DNA of 61,827 nt, taken from positions 1 to 61,827 of the IMG/VR virus record IMGVR_UViG_3300043411_000598, one strand, 5' to 3'. Under the pieces are notes generated by a model, which saw only the letters and a list, made by a program, of their open reading frames with translations, searched no databases and was not told the origin of the DNA. Shown in pieces: positions 39,119-48,258 of this stretch (the stretch's first letter is position 1; every line of letters starts with the position of its first letter). Source of the stretch: a virus (taxonomy: Duplodnaviria; Caudoviricetes). Made by a program: the position numbers and the translations under genes.

Positions 39119-40831
39119 GTGGCTTACGATCAATCCAGCGAGACGCGCGCCCAGGCTGAACACCTGATGCGCTGCCAGGCTGACTTTGAAGCAGAGCGCG
39201 CGAACTGGGATACGCTTTATGAGCGCATCTCTGAAATGGTGTTTCCGCGTTCGCAATACTTCACCAGCAAGAACCAGTTCCAAGGCGAGTTGCGCGGCGA
39301 ACGGGTGTTTGACAATACCCCGACGCTGGCGCTTGATCGCTTCGCCTCGGCTGTTGGCTCGATGCTGGCCCCTGAGACCATGCAATGGCATGGGCTAAAG
39401 TCCAGCGATCCAGAACTAAACGAAGACGAAGAGGTCAAGGAATATCTAGAGCTTGCGACCCGCGTTCTGTTCGGTGCTCGCTACGCCCCGAAGACGAACT
39501 TCTCCTCCCAGGTTCACGAGTGCTGGCTCTCTAACGGCGCCTTCGGCACATCCTGCCTCTTTGTTGATGAGGATATGGGTTCGAGCCTACGCTATCGGGC
39601 CATCCACCTTTCCGAAATCTATATCGGTGAGAACTTCCAAGGCCTGATCGACCGCGTTCACCGTGGCCGCTTCAAGCTTAAAGCCTATCAGGTGCTCCAG
39701 CTCGTCAATCACACCGACGAGTCCAAGCGCTGGATGATGCCTGAATGCGTCGCCAAGGCTCTAGAAGGCGACAGGAAGAACCCCAACGCTGAGTTTGAGT
39801 TCATCCATTGCGTTTACCCAAACGACGATCAGGACACGCGCCGCGCCGATGCTGTGGGCATGGCCTACAAATCAGTTTACCTCTCGGTGCAGGATCTGAC
39901 CATCTGCCATGAGGGCGGATATCGCACCCTGCCCTATGCTGTGGGCCGCTATGTAACTGGCCCGCGTGAGACTTACGGCCGCTCGCCGGCAATGACGGTG
40001 TTTCGCGACATCCTCATGCTGAATGAGATGAACAAGACGGTCATTCGTGCGGGTCAATTGCACGTCGATCCCCCGTTCTTGATCGCAGAGGATGGCGCGC
40101 TTCAACCCTTCTCGATGACGCCCCGGTCTCTGAACTACGGCTATCTGAACTCGGACGGCCAGCCTCTAGCCCAATCTCTCCGCCCTGATGGTGATTTGCC
40201 TATCGCGTTGGAGATGATCCAAGATCGCCGCACAGCGGTCAACGATGCTTTCCTCGTGACGCTCTTTCAAGTGCTGGTCGAAAACCCAGACATGACGGCA
40301 ACGCAGGCTCTCCTCCGTGCTCAGGAGAAGGGTCAGCTTCTCGGCCCGACGCTGGGACGCCAACAAAGCGAGTTCCTATCCTGCGTGATTGAGCGCGAAC
40401 TGGATATCCTCTCGGCTGCTGGCACGCTGCCACCGATGCCGGAAGCCTTGCTTGAAGCGGGCGGCGCTGTTGCCATCGAGTTCAAATCACCGCTCAATCG
40501 CTTGCAACGTGCCGACGATGCGATGGGCATTCTAAAGACCATCGAAGCCCTGACGCCGCTGGCGCAGATCGATCCGGGCGTTCTGGATATCATCGACATT
40601 CCGAAGTCGGCGCGTATCATTGCCGAGGCTTCGGGCTCGCCGGCCGATGCGCTCCGCACGCCTGAAGAAATCGCGGGCATGAAGGAGGAAAAGCAAAAGC
40701 AGGCTGACCTTCAGCAGCTTGTGCAGGCCGCTCCCCTTCTCGGCAAGACTGCGCGTGATCTGTCGCAGGCTTCAGCTACAGCGCAAAATCAGCCAGCCCC
40801 AATCCCATACGTTCAGCCAGGCTCTGAATGA
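39119..40831 (+). CDS. Portal / head-tail connector (T7 gp8/Bbp21-like)
   Basis: FGTSCLF, YGRSPAM, MTATQ, LLGPTLGRQQSEFL. Confidence 0.93.
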   Translation: MAYDQSSETRAQAEHLMRCQADFEAERANWDTLYERISEMVFPRSQYFTSKNQFQGELRGERVFDNTPTLALDRFASAVGSMLAPETMQWHGLKSSDPELNEDEEVKEYLELATRVLFGARYAPKTNFSSQVHECWLSNGAFGTSCLFVDEDMGSSLRYRAIHLSEIYIGENFQGLIDRVHRGRFKLKAYQVLQLVNHTDESKRWMMPECVAKALEGDRKNPNAEFEFIHCVYPNDDQDTRRADAVGMAYKSVYLSVQDLTICHEGGYRTLPYAVGRYVTGPRETYGRSPAMTVFRDILMLNEMNKTVIRAGQLHVDPPFLIAEDGALQPFSMTPRSLNYGYLNSDGQPLAQSLRPDGDLPIALEMIQDRRTAVNDAFLVTLFQVLVENPDMTATQALLRAQEKGQLLGPTLGRQQSEFLSCVIERELDILSAAGTLPPMPEALLEAGGAVAIEFKSPLNRLQRADDAMGILKTIEALTPLAQIDPGVLDIIDIPKSARIIAEASGSPADALRTPEEIAGMKEEKQKQADLQQLVQAAPLLGKTARDLSQASATAQNQPAPIPYVQPGSE

Positions 40832-41268
40832 TGGAAAGCTTTATCTTTCCCCTCATCTTCGTGGCCGCGTTTGGGGTTCAAACCTTCGCGCGCCTCAAAC
40901 CTTCAACCCAAGACGCGATCATCGCCAAGGCTAAAGCCATGTGGACCGCCGCCAAGAACGCCGCTCAATCGATGCACAACCGCATCTTCCGCCGCCGCAT
41001 GAGCTACCGGCATTTGTTTCTTGACCAGAAGGGTCAGCTTAACCAAGCGGGCCGTATCGTTCTGGCTGATCTCACCAAGTTCTGCCGGGGGCTTACATCC
41101 ACCACGGTCGTTAGCCAAGTCTCAGGCATGGTCGATCCTCATGCGTCAGGGCTTGCTGAAGGGCGGCGTGAAGTCTGGTTGAAGATCATGAAAGAGCTAG
41201 GCCTTGATCCGATGCAGGCTATAGAGGCTGTGCGTGCTGAAGAGTATGATGCACTCGCAGCGGCTTGA
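40828..41268 (+). CDS. Bbp19-like protein
   Basis: YRHLF..GRIVLADL.KFC..EGRREVW; follows the portal. Confidence 0.75.
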   Translation: MMESFIFPLIFVAAFGVQTFARLKPSTQDAIIAKAKAMWTAAKNAAQSMHNRIFRRRMSYRHLFLDQKGQLNQAGRIVLADLTKFCRGLTSTTVVSQVSGMVDPHASGLAEGRREVWLKIMKELGLDPMQAIEAVRAEEYDALAAA

Positions 41269-41337
41269 AACCCCGCGTTAACCGCGATGCTGAGAAACTA
41301 ACGCTTCCGAACACTAACACAGGAAGCATTCTCTCTC

Positions 41338-42234
41338 ATGTCAGAAGCACCAAGCGCTCCCGTCGATGGCGGACAAGGCGCACCGCCGCCGGTTACTCCG
41401 CCAGTTGATGGTGCTGCCGCCCCGCCCGCCGCTCCCGCAGAACCTACCCCGCCGTGGTTTTCTGCATTCAAGAACCCGGAGCTTCGCGGCTACGCTGAGA
41501 AGAAGAATTTTCCAGATCCTGAGGCCGCTGTCGCCTCTTACTTCCAGCTTGAAAAATTCCATGGCGTTCCGGTCGAACGCATTCTAAAGCTGCCGGAAGA
41601 CGTGAACGATGCTGAGGCTGTGAAGCCCATCCTTGAGCGTCTGAACTATGTCGCACCGAAGGAAGCTAAAGAATACGGCTTTGCCGACATGGAAGGCGCC
41701 CAGCCAGAACAGGCTGAGGCGCTTTCTGCTATCGCCCATAAGCATGGCGTCCCACTGAAAACCGCACAGGCCGTGTTCAAGGACGTAATCGCCCTCGATG
41801 CTTCCTACCGCGACAACATGATGAAGCAGGTTGAAGAAGAGGTAGCGGCCGAACTCGGCCAGCTTCGCGGCGAATGGACCGGCGAACGCTATGACCAGAA
41901 CATGGAAAAGGGCCGGCGCTTCGTGCGAGCCATCGGCTTTTCGGAAGAACAGCTTCAAGCGATTGAGACATCAACCGGCGTCGGCGCTCTCTTCAAGACC
42001 TTCGCTGCAGCCCACGATAAGTTCAAGCTTGGCGAAAGCGCCTTTGTTGAAGGCTCCGGCAAGAAGGGCTTTGATATGAGCGCCGAATCTGCGCGTTCTG
42101 AAATCAATCGCCTGAAGACTGACACTGACTTTGGCGCGCGCCTCATGGCAGGCAACGCAGAAGCCAAAGAAAAGTGGACCCGCCTCAATCAAATTGTCGC
42201 CGCTGATAGCGTTGCGAAAGGAATGATCTCATGA
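41338..42234 (+). CDS. Capsid scaffolding protein
   Basis: Pro/Ala-rich N-terminus, helical, L..EW..YD.N motif, upstream of the capsid gene. Confidence 0.8.
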   Translation: MSEAPSAPVDGGQGAPPPVTPPVDGAAAPPAAPAEPTPPWFSAFKNPELRGYAEKKNFPDPEAAVASYFQLEKFHGVPVERILKLPEDVNDAEAVKPILERLNYVAPKEAKEYGFADMEGAQPEQAEALSAIAHKHGVPLKTAQAVFKDVIALDASYRDNMMKQVEEEVAAELGQLRGEWTGERYDQNMEKGRRFVRAIGFSEEQLQAIETSTGVGALFKTFAAAHDKFKLGESAFVEGSGKKGFDMSAESARSEINRLKTDTDFGARLMAGNAEAKEKWTRLNQIVAADSVAKGMIS

Positions 42235-42416
42235 CCCTTCTCTCCCCTCGCGCTGAACTGCGCCTGCGTATCCTCCAAATCATCTTCCACCCGTCGCGCT
42301 CCAACGATCAGCTTGTCCAGTTCGTCCGCGAATTTGAAGACACGCTCTTTGCCGACATCGAACTTGGCGGCGATGTGGAAGCGCCGAAGGCTGCAAAGAA
42401 AAAAGACGCGGCCTGA
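42231..42416 (+). CDS. Small hypothetical protein
   Basis: ATGA-coupled to the scaffold gene. Confidence 0.55.
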   Translation: MTLLSPRAELRLRILQIIFHPSRSNDQLVQFVREFEDTLFADIELGGDVEAPKAAKKKDAA

Positions 42417-42616
42417 TTATTTCGCAACCCCCTGTTAATATCTAAGCACGTAGTGTCTCGCTCGTCGGGACAAGCTGATGGCTAAATCCAGCCCCTGGCG
42501 ATGAGCGTGCTTAGTCGCTCGGTATAAGCCACCTACGGCTAGGGCCGGCCCCTCGTGGACAACCCCCGCTCTCACCAAAAGGACCCATCAACCCTCTGAG
42601 CGGGGATTAGTCTGCC

Positions 42617-43498
42617 ATGACGCAGAATCTCACTGGTCACTATGTGACGCAGTTTACCAGCAACATGCAGTTGCTGCTTCAACAAAAGCAATCGGCGCTT
42701 CGTCCGTTTGTCGATACTGGCGCCCACGTTGGTTCAGCGGCCGTTCCGGTCGATCAAATCGGCAAGGTCGAAGCACTCTCGGTCACGTCGCGCTTTGCGC
42801 CGATCACCGATCAAGATATCCCAACTGATCGCCGCTGGGTTTATCCGCAAGACAAGCGGATCGCTACCCTGATCGATCACTTCGACAAGCTGCGCCTGCT
42901 TGCGGACCCGATGAGCGGCTACAGCCAATCAATCTCCGCCGGCATGAACCGCTCCATCGATGATATCATCATTGCGGGCATGTTCAATTCGGCCAACACT
43001 GGCGTTGCGGGCGGCACTGCGGTTCCGTTTGCCACCGCCAACCAAGTCTCCGTCAACGTAGGCGGCACGGCTTCAGGCCTGAATGTCGCCAAGCTCCGCA
43101 AGGCTCGTCAATTGATGATGAGCTATTTCGTGGACCCGTCTGAGACCATCTATTGCGCGGTCACGTCGAAGCAGATCGACAATCTCTTGAACGAAGTTCA
43201 GGTGGTTTCGAGCGACTTCAACATGGTCAAGCCTCTGGTTGACGGCGTTGTCACCCGGTTCATGGGCATCACGTTCATCCCATGCGAACGTTTGACGGTG
43301 GATGCTTCGTCCTATCGCCGCGTTCCGGTGTGGGTGAAGTCTGGTGTTCACCTCGGCATCTGGAACGATGTTCGCGCCGATCTCACCCAACGCAAGGATC
43401 TCGAAGGTCTGCCGTGGCAGCTTTACACGGATATGACCATCGGCGCCACGCGCTTGGAAGAGAACAAGATCATAGAATTACCATGTGCCGAGAGCTAA
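42617..43498 (+). CDS. Major capsid protein
   Basis: YVTQFTSNMQLLLQQKQSALR N-terminus, FMGITFI, GATRLEE; size and position. Confidence 0.9.
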   Translation: MTQNLTGHYVTQFTSNMQLLLQQKQSALRPFVDTGAHVGSAAVPVDQIGKVEALSVTSRFAPITDQDIPTDRRWVYPQDKRIATLIDHFDKLRLLADPMSGYSQSISAGMNRSIDDIIIAGMFNSANTGVAGGTAVPFATANQVSVNVGGTASGLNVAKLRKARQLMMSYFVDPSETIYCAVTSKQIDNLLNEVQVVSSDFNMVKPLVDGVVTRFMGITFIPCERLTVDASSYRRVPVWVKSGVHLGIWNDVRADLTQRKDLEGLPWQLYTDMTIGATRLEENKIIELPCAES

Positions 43499-43528
43499 GG
43501 TAATCCTTGGTTTTAAAGGAAAAATGCA

Positions 43529-44023
43529 ATGGGGATTCGGACTATAGATTTAGCGTGGTGCGCCGGTTTTCTTGAGGGCGAAGGGTCTTTCGTCATCAAC
43601 AAAACAACTATCGGCGTGACGTGCGCTCAAGTGCAGCGAGAGCCGCTGGAACGTCTCCAGAAGCTTCTTGGCGGCACGATCTATAGCCGACGCCACAAGC
43701 GGACTGACAAACCTAATTGGACACCTGAGTTTTTCGTGTGGTGCATTTACGGGAAAAATGCTGCGGCGATTATGATGACGCTTCTTGCGTTCATGTCGCC
43801 TAAGCGCTGGACCCAAATTATCAAGTGCATGGACCACTGGAAAAGTCTGACGGGCGGGTACAAAGGCGCGCTGCAATGCAAACGGGGCCATCCGTTTGAG
43901 GGCGACAACCTTTATATCCAACCGTCCAATAAGGGCCGGAAGTGCCGCCAGTGCGCGAAGCTCCACTACCAGAAGCTTAGAGCAAAACGCTTAGTGGCAG
44001 CGGCTGCTGCCGTGACCACTTAA
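43529..44023 (+). CDS. Free-standing LAGLIDADG endonuclease with C-terminal Zn finger
   Basis: LAWCAGFLEGEGSF; CKRGH..NLY..RKCRQC. Confidence 0.85.
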   Translation: MGIRTIDLAWCAGFLEGEGSFVINKTTIGVTCAQVQREPLERLQKLLGGTIYSRRHKRTDKPNWTPEFFVWCIYGKNAAAIMMTLLAFMSPKRWTQIIKCMDHWKSLTGGYKGALQCKRGHPFEGDNLYIQPSNKGRKCRQCAKLHYQKLRAKRLVAAAAAVTT

Positions 44024-44035
44024 GGAGACATTGAA

Positions 44036-44557
44036 ATGGCTGTTGCCAACACCAAAAGCGCGGCGATCACGAACATGGACGCGACGCCGCCCGTCCTCAA
44101 CAATCGCTCGGGTACGCGCGCCCCAGCTTATATCGCGGTCCAAACGCTGGAAACGGCGGCGGCCGATGACGATAACTCCGTCTATCGGTTCTTCCGTCTC
44201 CCCTCCAACGCCAAGATCTATTCGATTGCCGTCCTCAACGACGCGATTACATCGGGTACGTCTTGGAATTGCGGGCTTTGGGATACGGCTGCGAATGGCG
44301 GCGCTGTTGTCGATGCTGACCTTTTTGCGTCAGCTGTTGATCTCAGCGCCGGCACGGCAGCGTGGCTGGAGCTTCGCTTTGAAGCGGCCACGTCAGGTCC
44401 GATTGAGTATGCTGACTATGAACTGTGGCGCATCGCCGATCTTGGCGCCGCCACGTACACGGTCGATCCTCAAAAGGAATGGGACCTCTGCTTGCAGGGC
44501 GTCACGGTAGGCTCAAGCGCCTCCACGATCACGCTCCGCATCATCTACTCCTGCTAA
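44036..44557 (+). CDS. Capsid cement/decoration protein (putative)
   Basis: Beta-rich; position after the capsid gene. Confidence 0.6.
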   Translation: MAVANTKSAAITNMDATPPVLNNRSGTRAPAYIAVQTLETAAADDDNSVYRFFRLPSNAKIYSIAVLNDAITSGTSWNCGLWDTAANGGAVVDADLFASAVDLSAGTAAWLELRFEAATSGPIEYADYELWRIADLGAATYTVDPQKEWDLCLQGVTVGSSASTITLRIIYSC

Positions 44558-44611
44558 GCGGCTTGGGGAGAGGCTTAGGCTTCTCCCCTCCTGCACCCTA
44601 AGGGGCGAAAC

Positions 44612-45991
44612 ATGACGACGCGCTACTATCAAGCAGGTCTCGGCTGCGAGATGAAAGAAGAAGTGGTTGAGGCCGGTTCTTCCTCGCTCGTTTGGGTTGA
44701 AGTGCAGGTTGTTTACGACCTCACCGGCAATTCTAAAGCCGATGCATTGAAGGCCATCGAATCGGTCAAGCAATACATTCTCGCTGACAATTGGCCACCG
44801 GCTTAAGGGGAACAGCATGGCTAATTTTGGCGAAAATGAACGTGAGCTGGTAGGCCAGACTTACGTTGACAAGTCGGGCACGATTACGACCGGCGGCACA
44901 GCACAAACGCTGATGACTGCAAGCACGGACGCTAACGGGCGCTTTGTTTATAATCCGAACGCATCCGGTTCGCTATGGGTCAACGTTCTTGGCGGGACCG
45001 CCGCTGCAAACGGCGCGGGCTCGATTGAGGTTGTGCCTGGTCAGCTTCTACCCATCGATACATGCAACGCCATTTCCATCATCCACGCCTCTACGGGCGC
45101 GAAATTCACCGCCGGGGAGGCGTAACCAATGCAAGCGATCACTCCTTTCGTTGGCGTCGCCACGACGCTTAACGGACTTGCTCATACGGTGACAGTAACG
45201 GCACTCGCGGGCGCTGCCAACGTCAGCACCGTGACCATTCAAGCGGTTGATGCTGGCGGCTATCCCGTCTCCGGCGTTCACCACTTCACGGTCATCACAA
45301 CTTCGGACTCAGGCGGTGGTACAATTTCAGCTACGGCTTATTCGGGTTCGCTCGTTGCCGTGACAGGAACCCTTCTCATCACATGGACGGCTAAGCACGC
45401 CTTCCTGGTGGCGACGGATTCGACCGGCCAGTTTGTAGGCTCACTCACCGACACGGCCAAGACTGCCGACTACATCGCGGTCAGCGGTCAACTTGCGCCT
45501 AAGCCAGTGGTCTCTGCCGCAGCCGCGTATGGTGCGTAATGGCTGTTGACCTCATCCCCGTTACGCTGACTTGCGATACCAGTGCTCTAGCCGATGATGA
45601 CGTGATCGCGGACACGCAAGAAGTCGCGAACGCCTTCAATCCAGAAGGATTCGCGCTGTTGCAAAGCCTCATCCTTATCGATGAAGATGATCAAAAGCAG
45701 GATGTTGATATCCTCTTCTTCAACGGGTCGGGTACGCTTGGCACAGAAAACAGCGCTGCATCAATTACGGACGCGAACGCCCGCAATTACATGGGAAAGG
45801 TATCGATCCTCGTCGCAGACTATATGGACTTAGGCGGGGTCTCAGTTGCTCAATCGGTCAATTGCGGGCTCATCCTTAAGGCCAAAGACCTTGCCACCCC
45901 TTCCCTCTATGTGGCTGCAGTCTGCCGTTCAGGCACGCCAACCTACACTGCATCTGGACTTAAGCTGAGGCTCGGCCTCGTTAAGAGCTAA
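44612..45991 (+). other. Four small putative structural genes
   Basis: 44612-44806, 44817-45125, 45129-45539 and 45539-45991; mostly Thr/Gly/Ala-rich beta proteins. Confidence 0.65.
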
Positions 45992-45993
45992 CA

Positions 45994-47253
45994 GTGGCAA
46001 ACTGGCTTGGCCTTAAACTCAGAATACCCTTATCCACACGCGGTCTCTCCGTAAGGGGAGGAGGCGTGGGCTTTCCTTGGGCGAATCTGCCGGGCGGAAA
46101 CGCGCTACACGCCTGGGATTTTCTAAACAACACGGCGCTCTGGAATAGCGCCAGCGTCGGCGCTCTCTCCAACACTCCCGGCTGGACCTTCACCCGCGCA
46201 TCTACCGGCTACGCTCAAAACGCAGCCGGTCTCCTTCTTCCGTTTGCTTCAGGCGAACTCCGCAGAACAGATAAGGGCGTCCTTATAGAAGGGGCTAGGA
46301 CTAACATCTGCACCAACTACAGCGCTAATCCTGATGCGGGGCTGACCAATGTAGGCTTTACAAACGCCAGCAACACGCTTGCGGTGTTTAGTCGGGTGGA
46401 TGACACGGCTGCACTCGCGGCGGCGGGACTATCCGGCGCCTGCACGAGCGGGTTCGTGTTTTCCCTGGATAATACGCTTGGCGACACCACAGCCAATGCT
46501 CGGCCCACCGGCTCAACAACGGCTGCGGCGCATGAATACAGTGTGTACGCGCGTATCGTTTCCGGTTCTGGCGCCAACTTAGGGCGAAGCGCCACCGGCA
46601 CTGGCGCGGTCACAATCTCTGGCTCAACCTACTCAAGGTTCACTGTCAATCTAACGCCTGGCGCTGGCGAAACGATGCGCATTCAGGCGCCTGCCGGGTG
46701 CAAGGTTTACTTTATTCTCAACCAGCTTGAGGCGGGGGCGTTTGGTAGCTCCGTCATTCCAACGTCGGGAGCCTCAGCCACAAGAGCGGCTGACGTTCTT
46801 ACTGTCCCTGTAAGCGGGATTGATTATCCGATTAGCTTGTTCGCTGAGTTTGAGCCCGCTGTGCTTGCGACCGCAAATGCGCGACTATTTACGATCGGCG
46901 TTGCAAATACAAATAGCGCCCGACTCTCGCTTAGTTCTTCGACGAATCTTGTTCGCGGCCAGATTGATAGCGTTAGCGGTGGCGGCGCGCAGATGGATGT
47001 AACTATTGCGGGGGCGGTTAGTGTCGGCACGGCATACAAGACGGCGTTGCGCACTGCGACCAACGATAGCCGCCATGTCCGAAATGGAACGCTCGGCACG
47101 CTCGACTCATCCGTGACGGCTCCAGCAACTCCAACGAGCATCGTTTTTGGCAATGACTTTACTGGAGGAGAAGCGGCTTTTTCGTACCTCCGCCGCTGCG
47201 CTCTATGGACCCGCGCTCTAACCGATAGCGAACTCCAGAGTGTGACCACGTGA
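45994..47253 (+). CDS. Head spike/fibre-like protein with lectin-like C-terminus
   Basis: FTRASTGY, GVLIEGARTN, SVIPTSGASATRAAD, RALTDSEL motifs. Confidence 0.75.
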   Translation: MANWLGLKLRIPLSTRGLSVRGGGVGFPWANLPGGNALHAWDFLNNTALWNSASVGALSNTPGWTFTRASTGYAQNAAGLLLPFASGELRRTDKGVLIEGARTNICTNYSANPDAGLTNVGFTNASNTLAVFSRVDDTAALAAAGLSGACTSGFVFSLDNTLGDTTANARPTGSTTAAAHEYSVYARIVSGSGANLGRSATGTGAVTISGSTYSRFTVNLTPGAGETMRIQAPAGCKVYFILNQLEAGAFGSSVIPTSGASATRAADVLTVPVSGIDYPISLFAEFEPAVLATANARLFTIGVANTNSARLSLSSSTNLVRGQIDSVSGGGAQMDVTIAGAVSVGTAYKTALRTATNDSRHVRNGTLGTLDSSVTAPATPTSIVFGNDFTGGEAAFSYLRRCALWTRALTDSELQSVTT

Positions 47254-47582
47254 CCAAGGGCCAGCGCGCTCTAATAGGCTGGACCGGCGCCTTGCTGCTC
47301 AGTCTTGCGCTTTGGGCTGTCGCATTTGCTGCTTTCGCGCAACTGCCGCCGCTAGCCTATCGCGGCCCAGTTCAAATCACGGTTCAGTTCACAGACGCCC
47401 AAAACGTAGAGGGCCTGTGCGGGATGATTACCGAAGGACGGCTCCGCAATGTCGAAGCCTGCGCAAACGAGCAAGTGATGATCCTGCCTGACCCTTGCAC
47501 GTATCCAGGGCGGTACGCGGAAGTCGTGTGTCACGAGATCGGGCATTCGCACGGATGGGTGCATCGGGAGCCAAGCGCATGA
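47250..47582 (+). CDS. Small exported HExxH zinc-peptidase-like protein
   Basis: Signal/TM segment, Cys-rich, CHEIGHSHGWVH. Confidence 0.65.
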   Translation: MTKGQRALIGWTGALLLSLALWAVAFAAFAQLPPLAYRGPVQITVQFTDAQNVEGLCGMITEGRLRNVEACANEQVMILPDPCTYPGRYAEVVCHEIGHSHGWVHREPSA

Positions 47583-47646
47583 CCCCCTCATCCGTGAGAG
47601 AAGTCACAAACCCCATATTAAGGCTGCGCGCCGCAGAATAACTCGC

Positions 47647-48258
47647 ATGGCCTCGCAAAATGACATCTGCAACTGGTCGCTATCGATGCTCGGTGAAACC
47701 AGCATCAACGACATCAGCGACAGCGTAGAACGTGCTGAGCTTTTAACTGCCGCTTGGGGTCCGGTGCGCGATCAGCTTTTGCGTGAGAAGCTGTGGCGGT
47801 TCTCAATTCAGCGTGCTTCGATTGCCGCTGATGTAGCGACGCCAGATTGGGGCTTTGACTACCAATACAGCATCAATGGCGATGTGGTGCGCGTCATTCA
47901 GGTGAACGACTATTACCCGCAAGGGGTCTATTATCCTGACTACGTGACTGGCGATAGTTCGCTCTACAAGATCGAAGCCGATAAGATTTTGACCAATCTC
48001 TCAGCTCCGCTGAAAGTGCGTTGGGTCATTAATTCGATGGACGTGGGACTTTGGGACCCTTGCTTTGCGCGGGTGATGGCCTGTGATCTAGCGGAGCGGA
48101 TTTGCCCGCGTGTCACTGGCTCTGAGAATATCCTGCAGCGTGTCGCTGCACAACGCTCGGCCGCTATGATGGCTGCTCAACGCGCCAACGCGCTAGAGCA
48201 GCCGCCTCAAATGATCAACGATAGTACGTGGATCATGTCGCGTATGCAGGACTACTAA
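47647..48258 (+). CDS. Tail adaptor (T7 gp11-like)
   Basis: DICNWSLSMLG, WRFS, WDPCF..LA pattern; precedes the nozzle. Confidence 0.85.
   Translation: MASQNDICNWSLSMLGETSINDISDSVERAELLTAAWGPVRDQLLREKLWRFSIQRASIAADVATPDWGFDYQYSINGDVVRVIQVNDYYPQGVYYPDYVTGDSSLYKIEADKILTNLSAPLKVRWVINSMDVGLWDPCFARVMACDLAERICPRVTGSENILQRVAAQRSAAMMAAQRANALEQPPQMINDSTWIMSRMQDY

Noticed and set aside
4273-42416. Several proteins ending in -AA (possible ClpXP degrons)
   Set aside because: Alanine is abundant in this proteome; enrichment cannot be shown without counting.
43499-44035. Group I intron in the capsid gene
   Set aside because: The capsid ORF ends normally and only ~30 nt and ~12 nt flank the endonuclease ORF, too little for a ribozyme core.
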